A stretch of DNA of 64,000 bases from contig CAVSHT010000003.1 of the NCBI GenBank assembly GCA_963727895.1, positions 128,001 to 192,000 on the forward strand, in the 5' to 3' direction. Every line of letters starts with the position of its first letter. The first letter of the stretch is position 1. This stretch comes from an uncultured Methanosarcinaceae archaeon (GTDB taxonomy: Archaea; Halobacteriota; Methanosarcinia; Methanosarcinales; Methanosarcinaceae). Shown piece after piece: positions 31,303 through 42,509 of the stretch. The notes under the pieces were generated by a model. It saw only the letters and a program-made list of their open reading frames with translations, had not been told where the DNA came from and made no database searches. Position numbers and translations under genes: made by a program.

Positions 31303-32403
31303 ATGCGTCTTAATGTATTCACCGACAACCCAACCGTTCCGATAGATGTAAAAGACAGGTCTGTAAGTGAATTGATGGACGGAATGCTCAAAACAGGCTT
31401 TCAAGGAAGGAAGCTAGCCGAATCCGTTCAGGCCTGGCACAATATGCTAAAAGAAGAGAATATGACCGTGCTTATGGGCTTGTCTGGAGCTATGGTTCCT
31501 GCTGGCATGCGCAGAGTAATTTCCTATATGATCCGGGAAAGGATGATAGATTGCCTTGTAAGTACAGGAGCAAATCTGTTCCATGATTCACACGAAGCTC
31601 TAGGCAAGAAACACTATTTGGGCTCACATCTGGCTGATGATGAAAATCTCTTCAAGCATGGAGTTGACAGGATTTATGATGTTTTTGCAGTTGAAGAAGA
31701 ATTCAGGGCTGCAGATAATCTGATTGCGGATTTTGCAGAGCAAATCGGGGAAGTCTCCTGTTCCTCAAGGGAGTTCATGTATCTTCTAGGAAAAGAATTG
31801 GTAAGACGTGGAGCTGCAGAGGACTCTATAATAGTCAGTGCTTACAGGAACAATATCCCTATCTTCGTTCCTGCACTTTCGGATAGTTCAATAGGGATCG
31901 GGCTTACTATTGCAAGAAGACGAGGATTGAAACTTGAGATAGACCAGATAAAAGACGTTGATGAGGTCACGCAGATTGTGGAAAAATCAGGAAAAACTGG
32001 AGTTGTCTATGTTGGAGGTGGAGTCCCGAAGAACTTTATTCAGCAGACAGAAGTAATAGCTTCTATTCTTGGAATTGATGTCGGAGGACATGATTACGCA
32101 ATTCAGTATACTGCTGATGCACCGCACTGGGGAGGACTCTCAGGCTGTACTTTTGACGAAGCTGTTTCCTGGGGAAAGATTGCGGTCCAGGCAAAAAAAG
32201 TGCAGGTTTTCGTGGACGCTACTATAGCTCTTCCTATTGTCGCTCATGCACTTCATGAAAAATGTTGTGAATTAAAGCGAAAAGTTCCAATTTTTAATTG
32301 GGATGGATCTGAAGGGCTTGATATTGATTATAAAAATGAATCAAATTACAAATGTTTATTATATTTGAAAGCTTATAATATAAGAAGAGAAGGAGAAGAG
32401 TAG
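31303..32403 (+). CDS. Deoxyhypusine synthase-like protein (likely polyamine synthesis)
   Basis: SGAMVPAG, STGAN, GGGVPKN, GGLSGCTFDEAVSWGK, DATIALP; follows pdaD. Confidence 0.88.
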   Translation: MRLNVFTDNPTVPIDVKDRSVSELMDGMLKTGFQGRKLAESVQAWHNMLKEENMTVLMGLSGAMVPAGMRRVISYMIRERMIDCLVSTGANLFHDSHEALGKKHYLGSHLADDENLFKHGVDRIYDVFAVEEEFRAADNLIADFAEQIGEVSCSSREFMYLLGKELVRRGAAEDSIIVSAYRNNIPIFVPALSDSSIGIGLTIARRRGLKLEIDQIKDVDEVTQIVEKSGKTGVVYVGGGVPKNFIQQTEVIASILGIDVGGHDYAIQYTADAPHWGGLSGCTFDEAVSWGKIAVQAKKVQVFVDATIALPIVAHALHEKCCELKRKVPIFNWDGSEGLDIDYKNESNYKCLLYLKAYNIRREGEE

Positions 32404-32925
32404 ATGGGTAAAAGAACTCGAATAATTAACGATCCTTCCTATTTAGTACCATTACTCAGGACTTTTGGGTCAAGAACTCACAAAAAGATATTTGATACAC
32501 TTTCAACCAAATGGATGACCAGAGCAGAAATAGATGAATTTATGGGTACAGACTCATCAAAAAGTCTTCATATTCTGAAAAAAGCCGGACTTCTTGAGAG
32601 TCAGTGGAGAGTTCCCGAAGCAGGGCAAAAACCCTCCAAAGAATACCATAGTTCCTATTCCAAGGTTCAGGTTAACTTCCAGTGTTCTTTCGAGGATTTA
32701 AGTGATATTATCATGCTGACCTTCAAGCCATATGAAGAGGTCAAAGATGCAATAGAAGAACTCGAAGGATTGGTTGAAGAAGGCAATACCTCTATGAGCA
32801 ATCTGACACGTACGCTTAATAGAAATCCTTTTTATATATGTGCTGTTGCTCGCAGATCTGAAAAGCTTTCAGTAATGGGACAGAGGCTAAAGTTAATTGA
32901 AGATGTAGAGGAGAACTACGATTGA
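32404..32925 (+). CDS. ArsR-family-like archaeal regulator
   Basis: RTRIINDP..LVPLL, L.ILKKAGLLESQWR.P. Confidence 0.8.
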   Translation: MGKRTRIINDPSYLVPLLRTFGSRTHKKIFDTLSTKWMTRAEIDEFMGTDSSKSLHILKKAGLLESQWRVPEAGQKPSKEYHSSYSKVQVNFQCSFEDLSDIIMLTFKPYEEVKDAIEELEGLVEEGNTSMSNLTRTLNRNPFYICAVARRSEKLSVMGQRLKLIEDVEENYD

Positions 32926-33713
32926 TGATCAAAATCCTCCAAACTAAAAGTGGAGTAACCAAGTTTCAGGTACTTATTGAAATTGCAGCCCACCAGCCAA
33001 ATGTAAGACAAAAAGAAATTGCTGAAAAGATTGGAATAACTCCTCAGGCAGTTTCCGAATATATTAAAGAGCTTGTAAATGATGGGCTGATAGTTACTGA
33101 GGGCCGGGTCCGCTATAGGATTACAAAAGAAGGTGTGGAATGGGTCCTTGATAATGCCGCCGATATGAAGCAGTACGCTCGCTTTGTTATGGAGGATATA
33201 ATCAACCATATTTCAACCTGGACAGCTATTGCAAAAGAGAATGTAGAAAAAGGTCAGCAGGTATACCTGAAAATGGAAAAAGGACTCCTGTACGTAAGCA
33301 GTATAGAGAAAACAGGTGCATCAGGCACTGTCATTTCCGATGCAGATACAGGGGAAGATGTAGGAGTAACGAGCTTAAAGGGTCTGATCGATCTCGAAAA
33401 TGCTATTATTACAATCTGCAAAGTTCCGAGAATCGAGCGTGGAGGATCAAGAAAAGTAGATATTGAACGTCTGAAGGCTCTGACAGTCTCAAAGCCCTAT
33501 ATAGCAGCTATCGGCGTGGAAGCTCTTATAGCCCTGCGCAAGATCGATATAACTCCGAATGTCATGTTCGGAACCAATGAGTCAGTTATTGAGGCTGCAT
33601 ATCACGGTCTATCATCTCTTGTAGTCTCAGTGGATGAACAGGTTCCTTCCCTTCTTAACAGATTGGAAACCGATAACCTTGAGTATGAACTTGTAGACCT
33701 GACACTCGAATAA
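32922..33713 (+). CDS. wHTH transcriptional regulator
   Basis: QKEIAEKIGITPQAVSEYIKEL...Y.ITKEG. Confidence 0.85.
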   Translation: MMIKILQTKSGVTKFQVLIEIAAHQPNVRQKEIAEKIGITPQAVSEYIKELVNDGLIVTEGRVRYRITKEGVEWVLDNAADMKQYARFVMEDIINHISTWTAIAKENVEKGQQVYLKMEKGLLYVSSIEKTGASGTVISDADTGEDVGVTSLKGLIDLENAIITICKVPRIERGGSRKVDIERLKALTVSKPYIAAIGVEALIALRKIDITPNVMFGTNESVIEAAYHGLSSLVVSVDEQVPSLLNRLETDNLEYELVDLTLE

Positions 33714-33908
33714 TTCCTAATTTCTACTATTTTTTAAAAAATATCAGGCCTACAGTTCGGCTCAAAAATTTCTATTTTTTCCAAACACTGTTAGCATCCC
33801 GAAAATCTTGTCAAAACCTTTCAGAGTAGCTGAAGCCGTTGAGCTGTAATCATCGAGTCGTTTGATCACGCCGAAAATACAATTTTCGATAAAACTTTTT
33901 CTCAAAAG

Positions 33909-34023
33909 GTTTTCGCTCAAGCCTTTTTTGAAAAGGCTTGCTGAAACCGTTGCGCCGGTTTATCACGCCGACAATGATGTTTTCGCTCAAGCCTTTTTTG
34001 AAAAGGCTTGTGAAAAGGCTTGC
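33909..34023. repeat. Two copies of a REP-like hairpin repeat
   Basis: GTTTTCGCTCAAGCCTTTTTTGAAAAGGCTTG at 33909-33940 and 33979-34010 (10-bp stem CAAGCCTTTT/AAAAGGCTTG), each preceded by TCACGCCGA. Confidence 0.85.
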
Positions 34024-34072
34024 TATAGATTTATCTTGAGCTAATATATTAATAATGACTAGGAGATTTCCC

Positions 34073-34618
34073 ATGAAATTGATTGTACTTTCTGATACTC
34101 ATATGAAATCCGGAGAAATTCCTCCTCAACTTAAAACACTCCTTGAAGAGTGTGATCTTATAGTTCATGCAGGGGATTTCAGTAATGTAGAAGCCTACCA
34201 GGCCTTCAATGCCTTCGGCAAATTAAAGGCCGTTTTTGGAAATGATGATGTCTATGAACTCAAAAAGCTCCTTCCTGAAAGGCTGAAATTCGAAGTTGAA
34301 GGGGTAAAAATCGGAGTTGTACACGAAGGTGGACTTTCAGTTACCGATACGACTGCGCAAGGTTACCTGACAAAAGAAATGGATGTAGATATTTTGATTT
34401 TTGGGCATCTGCACAGACCTTTAATAGAAAAAAAGGATGTTGTGCTTGTTTGTCCTGGCTCTCCTACAAAACCCAGAATGTCAAGCCCAAGTGTTGTGGA
34501 ACTCATTATTGAAAAAGGAAGTATTAATGGAAGGATAATTACTCTTCAAGGAGATACCTGTCAATATATAAAGTTCCAGGATTCCCTGGAAAAACGTAAG
34601 ACCGAAAAAAAATCTTAA
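34073..34618 (+). CDS. YfcE-like metallophosphoesterase
   Basis: SDTH, HAGD, GNDD, GHLH, PGS motifs. Confidence 0.9.
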   Translation: MKLIVLSDTHMKSGEIPPQLKTLLEECDLIVHAGDFSNVEAYQAFNAFGKLKAVFGNDDVYELKKLLPERLKFEVEGVKIGVVHEGGLSVTDTTAQGYLTKEMDVDILIFGHLHRPLIEKKDVVLVCPGSPTKPRMSSPSVVELIIEKGSINGRIITLQGDTCQYIKFQDSLEKRKTEKKS

Positions 34619-34803
34619 ATAAAAAATTTTGAGTGCTTGAAACTTGCAGGAATATGTCGAAAGGAAATTGCATCCTCAACTAGTCTATGCAATAATATGT
34701 TTATAACTCTATAATTATATTTTAATAATGAGGTCATTTAGTCTTAAAACTTGCACATGCATTGCTAATCAGGGTACTAGAAGGTCAGCTGTCACAAATC
34801 TGG

Positions 34804-35025
34804 TTACATCGTTTCCAGTTTGAACATAACACCTGTACCTTGAAGACTTAAGTATACCTTATCCCCAAACTCCAAAATTTTCTCCACACCGACACTGCTA
34901 TTCCAGTTGTATACAAAATCGTAACTTCCCTGCATGGGTTCGAAACCTAGAGACATCAGCCGCTGGTTTACTTCTGACGGACGAGTTCCCTCACTGCTGA
35001 ACCAGACCAGAAGATAGGTTTTCAC
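34804..35025 (-). CDS. Small conserved hypothetical protein
   Basis: 73-aa ORF with GTGAG-type RBS; F.SEG..PSEV...L..LGF...G.YDF pattern. Confidence 0.65.
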   Translation of the reverse strand: MKTYLLVWFSSEGTRPSEVNQRLMSLGFEPMQGSYDFVYNWNSSVGVEKILEFGDKVYLSLQGTGVMFKLETM

Positions 35026-35201
35026 ATGATCATCTCACTACTAGATTCATTATTTTTCCACTAAGCTTCATTAAAATGCAATTTATTCATTTTATACAAG
35101 GTTTATTTTATTTATCTATATTTTGCCTCATCTGGCTCTAAGACCGGTAATATTAAGAATTAATGAGATAATCTTCTTGAGTACAATTTCTTCTTGCCTA
35201 T

Positions 35202-35591
35202 TCAAACCTTACTTATATGTAAACTGTACCGCGTCTCTACATCATAAGTATTTTTAAGTTCCTCTTCAGTCAGGATTCCTTTCTCTATCAATTTGCTCAT
35301 GTTCTTCCTGTCAACTGATTCTACTATATCCCAGAGGTCTTTCTTCATAAGGTAAGGTTTTAACCTGTTAATGCGCCAGAGTTTCCATTCAACCTTCTGT
35401 CTCTTGAGTTCCACATTTCCGATTCTCAATACATCGATGCCCTTTTCCATCAAAATACTAAGAATGTGGTTTCTTAATTCCTCTCTGCGCTTTTCCAGGA
35501 TTGAAATTGCTGAGACAATATCATCGTATTCAAGCACAATATCTGCAAGATCCATATCTTCAGGGTCCTGCTCATTTATATCGAGTTCCAC
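35202..35591 (-). CDS. Hypothetical protein with N-terminal coiled coil
   Basis: GGAGG RBS before GTG; 129 aa. Confidence 0.7.
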   Translation of the reverse strand: MELDINEQDPEDMDLADIVLEYDDIVSAISILEKRREELRNHILSILMEKGIDVLRIGNVELKRQKVEWKLWRINRLKPYLMKKDLWDIVESVDRKNMSKLIEKGILTEEELKNTYDVETRYSLHISKV

Positions 35592-35883
35592 GATTCTACC
35601 CTCCGTGTATATGCTGGAAAACTCTTCTTAATTTAATTTTCTGGACTTTTGATTGTCTGGACTTCGAATTAACGGAACTACTTGATGAGATTTGAACTTA
35701 TTACGAGATTTAAACTTATTAATACTTGATTTTAGAGTTTGGCACTTATAAGGCTGCTTTTTAGAAAGATTTTTGAAGAAGCTTATAGTTTTTGAAGAAA
35801 TTTAAGAACGCTTGAATATATATAGAAAAAAAGCGCCCAGAATATCGTGGGGTTGTAACATATCATACATTATTAATACTGGC

Positions 35884-36234
35884 ATGACAGAAGCACAGAA
35901 AGCTCAAAGACGCAAAATTGACCCTAAGTGGATAGATCCGGACGGTATGACTGAGGAAGAGTATCAGGCAGCCATGGATAAGATGTGGCCCAGGCTTGCA
36001 GAGCCAGACGAGGAAGGCTTTGATCTTAACCTGGAGGATCCCAGGCGGCGGTTTTGTATGACCTATGAGGGGGTAACTTTTACCAAGGCATCTTCAATTT
36101 CTGAGGAAGAAAAAGCCGAAGCTGAAGCCATGTGGGAGATCATGACTGGAGGAGATTACAGTCCAGCAAAAAAGGAAAAAATGAAATTCACTTTCGATGA
36201 AGCTCACTCTCAGAATACTGGGAAAAAACCTTGA
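35884..36234 (+). CDS. Acidic hypothetical protein
   Basis: Host-like codon usage; TATA-like element at ~35816-35824 upstream. Confidence 0.6.
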   Translation: MTEAQKAQRRKIDPKWIDPDGMTEEEYQAAMDKMWPRLAEPDEEGFDLNLEDPRRRFCMTYEGVTFTKASSISEEEKAEAEAMWEIMTGGDYSPAKKEKMKFTFDEAHSQNTGKKP

Positions 36235-36323
36235 AATTAATTAGCTGGTAAAAATATAAAAAGGTAAAGAGTGAACTATACCGTAGTCCCTCTTAAATCT
36301 TGGAGATACTGTAAAATTCTTTT

Positions 36324-37816
36324 TTAATTCTCTTCATTTTCACCGTTAATGGTAGCCATAATCTCCTTGAAACTTGCAAGTGAAGCTTCCATATTCTCAA
36401 TTATTTCATTTACAAGAATATCAGGGTCTGGAAGGTTATCCAGATCAGCGAGGCTTTTGTCTTTGAGCCAGAAAATATCCAGATTGGTTTTGTCTCTTGC
36501 TACGATTTCTTCATAGCTGAATTTTCGGAACCTGCCTTCTGGAGATTCTTCACTCCAGGTTTCTTTACGGCTGTAGCGGTTTTCGGGGTTATAGTATTTA
36601 ATAAAGTCTTCCAGATCCGAATATTTCAGAGAGTTCTTTTTTAATGTGTGGTGCACATTTGTGCGGTAATCATAGATCCAGACTTCTTTTGTCCAGGACT
36701 CTTTTGATGCGGTTTTTGCTTCGAAGAAAAGGACGTTTGCTTTTACGCCGTTTGCATAGAAAATTCCTGTAGGGAGCCTCAGGATTGTATGCAGGTCTGT
36801 AGTTTCAAGGAGTTTTTTGCGGATGGTCTCGCCTGCTCCGCCTTCAAACAGGACGTTGTCAGGCAATACAACTGCTGCCTGCCCACCGATTTTGAAAATT
36901 GTATGGATGTGCTGCAAAAAGTTTAGCTGCTTGTTGCTTGTGGTCGTCCAGAAGTCCTGGCGGTTGTAAGTTAAATCTTCTTTTTCCTGCTCGCCTTCTT
37001 CGTTTGTGAAGGTCATGCTGCTCTTTTTTCTAAACGGAGGGTTTTTGAGGATGTAATCGTAACAGTAGCCCGAATCGGCTATTAGAGCATCGGAGTTTGA
37101 GATCATGGGTTCACCGTCGATTTCTCCTATGTTGTGCAAGAACATGTTCATCAGGGCAAGCCGCCGGGTTCCGGCAACGATTTCGTTCCCGCCAAAGGTT
37201 TTGTTTTTCAGGAAACGGCTCTGTTCTTTGTCCAGCCGGTAATTTGAGGTAAGGAAATCATAGGCTGCTAAAAAGAACCCTCCTGTACCGCAGCAGGGAT
37301 CTCCGATTGTTTTCAGGGGCTCTGGCTGGAGACATTGGACCATGACTTTGATTAGAGGTCTGGGTGTGAAATACTGACCGGCTCCGCTTTTTGTATCTTC
37401 GGCATTCTTTTGCAGGAGCCCTTCGTAAATTTCTCCTTTTGTGTCCACACCCATCATGACCCAGCTTTCTTTGTCGATCATGTCAATGATCTTATACAGC
37501 ATGGCAGGATCGCTGACCTTGTTCTGGGCTTTGAGGAAAATTTGACCGAGCATCCCTGGTTTTTGACCAAGCTCTTCCAGTAGTTCCCTGTAGCGAGTAT
37601 CAAGTTCGGCTCCACGCTGCTGTTTCAGTTTGTCCCAGGTATATTCTTCAGGGATGCCGATATTTTTGTTGTACGGCGGCTTACTGAATTCTTCAGCCAT
37701 TTTCAGGAATATTAGATAAGTCAACTGTTCCAGATAATCGCCATAGCTCACGCCTCCGTCCCGCAGGACGTTGCAGAAGCTCCAGACTTTGGAAACGAGG
37801 GATGAGGTGTTTTCAT
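36324..37816 (-). pseudogene. hsdM: Type I R-M methyltransferase subunit; start ATG (37816) out of frame with the body
   Basis: GQYFTPR, DPCCGTGGF, NPPF; conserved ENTSSLVSKVWSFCNVLRDGG lies upstream of the GTG at 37751 with no in-frame start. Confidence 0.8.
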
Positions 37817-37941
37817 ACCTGTATTGGACCCTTAAAATAAAAGTAATGCAATATTAAAGTGATATTTTTGCTTTAAAACCTGATTATTAACGTTTATTTG
37901 TCAATTTGTTCAAAAGCTTTCAGGGTAGCTTGTTGGATAAT

Positions 37942-38440
37942 TTATTTGTCTTCTTGAATGATGCTTTTCAGTTGCTCAGATGTTTGCTTTCCTTTCTTTC
38001 CATTTCCTGCTTTTTCAGTCTTAATTCTCTCTAACAAAACTTCCACAGGTTCCCAATCCTCTGCCCCTCGAACCTCTGCCAGTTCTCTTTCATTAAGCAA
38101 CTTCCCCTCAAACGCTTTTTTCAAAATAATCTGCCGCAGTGCTTCGGCTTTTTCCAGATTATCTTTAATGTCCTGCTCTATTTTATCGCAGACTGAAAGG
38201 CGGATTTCGATTTCCTGAACGATGGCTTGTTGTTCAGGAAGAGAAGGCAAGAAAAAAAATCATTTTACGTAAATCTTCTAAATGTAAATGCTTTAATCCT
38301 GAACCTTTTCCTATTTTTGTTGTCTGTTTTTGACCGAAAGGAGATTCGATGAAATAACTGAGATAATCACTATTCAAACATTCTTTAATTGGTTTCATCA
38401 TTGCAACAGATACAAAAATACTAAACATATTTTTAATTTT
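37942..38440 (-). pseudogene. hsdS: Type I R-M specificity subunit, 3' fragment with frameshift
   Basis: PSLPEQQAIV..IE, LRQ.ILKKAFEGKL, WEPVEVLLERIK; +1 in a T8 run near 38252-38259; 5' part cut off by IS copy 4. Confidence 0.88.
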
Positions 38441-39179
38441 GGTATTGTTAACTAAATATATCTAGTTCTCTATTTCTGTATTTCATCAATAGAATAACCA
38501 AGTACTTTAGCATTTCAAGACTTTTTTATAACACTTTGTCTTTTTTCTCAACCTTGCTAGAAAATGCCTCAGTATGCTGTTATATCCTTCAACAGTATAC
38601 GTTTCTGCTTTAGATTGAGTATGGATATTTTCTGGAAGAAACTCTGCATATGCCCTCCAGTGATCTGTCATCACTTCTCCAATCTATTTTTTCTTCACTT
38701 TTTCCCAGAGTAGTTTTCCAGTTTCCGTTCCTCTGCTACCAAAAGAGCAGTTGATGAACTTTTTCCCAACTCTATCAACAGCAATCCAGATCCAGCAATA
38801 TTTTTTTTGTTACCGATGTAAGTGTGCATCTCATCCATTTCAACAATAGATATCTCACTTTCACTTTTTAGGTTCTCTAACTCCTGACCAAATTTCTTGA
38901 TCCATCTTTGGACAGAAACATGACTCACCCCTAAAAATCGTCCTATTGAACGAAAGCCTAATCCTTCAAGGTAAAGTTGTAATGCCTGTCTTTTTACAGA
39001 GGCGGAAAAAGCAGTTGATTTTAGCTCTACTGTATAGTTATAGCCACAATCAGAGCATTTGTACCGTTGACGCCCGCCAACTATACCATTCTTTTTGTGA
39101 CTGTAACTATTACATTTTGGGCAGTTCATGAAGAAATATATGTTCTCATAATAAATAACTATAGTTAATTATCAATGCC
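38441..39179 (-). mobile_element. IS1-family insertion sequence, copy 4 (739 bp), insB frameshifted
   Basis: Terminal IRs; insA 38695-39129; flanks TTAATTTT/TTCATTTT belong to different, oppositely oriented genes. Confidence 0.95.
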
Positions 39180-41553
39180 TTCATTTTAGAGACATGAAAT
39201 TCTTGAGGGATATCTTAAGAAGAAACCTTTGAGGGAGAGGCTGCTGGAGCTTCCTGAATTAAAGACAGATGGCCTGCGAGACTGCCAGATCACAGCGATT
39301 TTGAATCTTGAAAAGTCCTTTAAGGACAATCGCCCAAGGGCTCTTATTCAGATGGCAACAGGTTCAGGAAAAACATATACTGCTATAACTTTTATCTACC
39401 GGTTACTGAAGTTTGCGGATGCAAAAAAGGTACTGTTCCTTGTTGATACCAAGAATCTCGGTGAGCAGGCTGAGCAGGAATTCTAAGCTTATACTCCAAA
39501 TGATGATAACCGCAAGTTTACTGAGCTTTATAATGCGCAGCGTTTGAGCTCCAGTTATATTACATCGGACAGCCAGGTATGTATTTCCACAATCCAGCGG
39601 CTTTACTCTATATTGAAAGGCGAGGATCTGGACGAAGAGATTGAGGAAGAAAATCCTGCCGAGAAAGGATGGCAGCCAAAGGAACCGCTTCCTGTAGTTT
39701 ATAATGAGAAAGTCCCTATTGAGACTTTTGATTTTGTAGTTGTAGACGAGTGTCACCGTTCAATACATAACCTGTGGCAGCAGGTGCTGGATTATTTCGA
39801 TGCTTTTTTGATAGGGCTGACAGCAACGCCGGATAACCGTACTTTTTCTTTTTTCAATGGGAATGTGGTGAGTGAATATAGCTATGAAGATACAGTCGCG
39901 GATGGCGTGAATGTGGGTTATGAAGTGTATACTATCGAGACTGATATCAGCAAAAACGGAGGAAAAATACCTGCTCAGGAGTTTGTGGATCGAAGGGAGA
40001 AGCTCACCCGTAAAAAACGATGGGAACAACTGGACGAAGATTTAACTTATACTGCTAAAAATCTGGATCGGTATGTGGTCAATCCCAGCCAGATACGCCA
40101 TGTGATAAGGATATTTAAGGAAAAGCTACCTGAAATATTCCCTGGCAGAGAAGAAGTCCCAAAAACCCTTATTTTTGCTAAAAATGACAGCCATGCAGAT
40201 GATATTATCAATATTGTGAGGGAAGAGTTTGGAGAGGGCAATGCTTTTTGCAAAAAAGTGACCTACAAAGCGGAAGAAGGCCCTAAATCAATATTATCAG
40301 AGCTTCGCAACGGTCCCCATCTCAGAATAGCGGTTACAGTAGATATGATTGCTACTGGAACGGATGTTAAGCCGCTGGAATGTCTTTTGTTTATGAGGGA
40401 TGTAAAGAGCAAGAATTATTTTGAGCAGATGATAGGGCGAGGTACACGAACTCTGGGATACGATGACCTGAGAAAAGTGACACCATCGGCTGTTTCAGCT
40501 AAGACTCATTTTGTGATTGTGGACGCTGTTGGAGTTACGAATACTTTGAAAACCGACAGCCGACCTCTGGAACGTAAGAAAAGCACATCTCTTAAAGACC
40601 TGCTGGCAGCAGTAACTTTTGGGGCCCAGGACGAAGATCTTTATGTTTCTCTGGCTAATCGGCTTGCAAGACTGGACAGGCAGATAAATGAGGCTGAGAT
40701 AGCTACTTTTGCGGAGAAAGCGAACGGAAAAACAATCAATCAGACTATTAAAGATCTGTTAAATGCTTATAATCCTGATGTTATTGATTTCAAAGCTTAT
40801 GAGATTAAACAAAGCCAGCCGGAGATTTCGGAAGCCAATGCAAGAAAAATGGCACAGGAGAACCTGATTGATGTTGCAAGATCGACTTTTTCAGGCAAGC
40901 TGAACGAGTATATTGAAAATGTCCGCAGAGTCCATGAGCAGATTATTGATACTGTGAATACTGATACGGTTCTCAGAGCCGAATGGGATAAAGATGCAGT
41001 TGTCAGGGCAGATGAGCTAGTTACAGATTTTAAGGCGTATATGGAAGCTAATAAAGACGAGCTTACAGCTCTTAGTATTTTTTATAACTAGCCTTACAGG
41101 CGCAGGGAAGTTACTTTTGCGATGTTGAAATAAGTGATGGAAAAATGGAGGCTGGAAAAACCCCATTTTGCTCCTATAAGAGTCTGGCAGGCTTATGAGC
41201 AGCTGGAAAAGGTGAACGGGAATTCTCCGAAAAAAGAATTGATTGCTCTGGTTTCTTTGATCCGCAGGATAACTGAGATCGACCCTGTTCTGACGGCTTA
41301 CGACCAGACCGTTGACCGGAATTTTCAGGACTGGGTATTTAAAAAGCAGGCAGGAACCCTGAAATTTAATGAAGATCAGATGAACTGGCTCCGTATGATT
41401 AAGGATTATGTTGCAACCAGCTTCCATCTGGAAATCGATGACCTTGATTTTCATCCCTTTGATATTCTTGGAGGACGCGGAAAAATGTACCAGCTTTTCG
41501 GGAACGAGATGAATCTGGTTATCAGTGAATTGAATGAGGCTCTGGCGACTTGA
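39180..41553 (+). pseudogene. hsdR: Type I R-M restriction subunit (EcoEI/EcoAI-like), 5'-truncated with four in-frame stops
   Basis: MATGSGKT, DECHRS, TATP, QMIGRGTR, EcoEI-type C-terminus; stops at 39187 (TAG), 39484 (TAA), 41089 (TAG), 41131 (TAA). Confidence 0.92.
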
Positions 41554-41569
41554 AATAGGTAATTAATAA

Positions 41570-41655
41570 GTAATTAAGAACTAATAAGCGACTAAAGGTA
41601 ATTAATCAAACTAATAAGCGACTAAAAGTAATTAATCAAACTAATAAGCGACTAA
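41570..41655. repeat. 30-bp tandem repeat, about 3 units
   Basis: CTAATAAGCGACTAA at 41581, 41611 and 41641, linked by (A/G)GTAATTAATCAAA. Confidence 0.88.
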
Positions 41656-41691
41656 TAGTGACAATAAAGAATAATTATTCAGGAATTCTCT

Positions 41692-42375
41692 TCAAAATCC
41701 TGGAAATAGCTTATATGTTCTATCTCTGTACTCTTCATATTCTGAACCAAAAGCTTCTTGCAATGCTTTTTCTTCAACACGTATGCGGTACTGATATGCG
41801 ATTAAGCTTAAAGCGAATGCAATAAGCACTCCAAACCATGTCCCAACTGAGAGAGGAATTCCTAGCAGGGACAGCATACCTCCAGTATAGGAAGGGTGTC
41901 GGATATAGTTGTAAGGTCCATTTATTACGAGTTTTGCTTTTTCACGAACCTGTATCCTTTTGGTAAAATACTTTCCAAGAACCCAGATTGACCATTCGCG
42001 GAGTATAATTCCGGCTGTAAGCAAAATAAGTCCTGCGTATTGCAAATTTCCGCCGAATGTTCCTATCCCAGAACTACGCAAGGTAAAAGCAATAACGATG
42101 ACTGACCAGCACATAACTATAACGACCCAAAAAGAACCTTTATCTTTATTTGTCGCCTGCGAATTCTTTCTGCTAATAAGAGAGTTTATGGTTTCAGTTA
42201 AAATCCATCCACAAAAAAGAATCATGAAAGTTGAACTTGCAAATTGAGAGGGAAACCAATAATCGGGAAAAACTGAGCGCTGTTGTAATTGAAAAATGGC
42301 AAACAACACCAAAACAATAATCATCGACGTGGTAGGGATATTATTGAAAATACGACTACCCGATATTTTTGTCAT
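41692..42375 (-). CDS. Isoprenylcysteine carboxyl methyltransferase-family membrane protein
   Basis: LGKYF, GPYNYIRHPSY, RIRVEE.AL...FG.EY..Y. Confidence 0.88.
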   Translation of the reverse strand: MTKISGSRIFNNIPTTSMIIVLVLFAIFQLQQRSVFPDYWFPSQFASSTFMILFCGWILTETINSLISRKNSQATNKDKGSFWVVIVMCWSVIVIAFTLRSSGIGTFGGNLQYAGLILLTAGIILREWSIWVLGKYFTKRIQVREKAKLVINGPYNYIRHPSYTGGMLSLLGIPLSVGTWFGVLIAFALSLIAYQYRIRVEEKALQEAFGSEYEEYRDRTYKLFPGF

Positions 42376-42509
42376 AATAATTCTTCCTGAAGTGTAAAAG
42401 TATTAGTGAATTATTTCGAAACTGAGATAATCAGGTTAATTTGTATTCATAACTTACATTAAAAATTTTAATAATACTTGGCACATATAAATAAAAGGAT
42501 TTCGAGTAA

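Noticed and set aside
38433..39187. TTAATTTT/TTCATTTT as a TSD for IS copy 4
   Set aside because: 7/8 match in AT-rich DNA, but the flanks read as hsdS and hsdR in opposite orientation right up to the IS ends, so they cannot be one original target.
39180..41553. Pyrrolysine read-through rescuing hsdR
   Set aside because: Besides two TAGs there are two TAA stops and the 5' end is missing.
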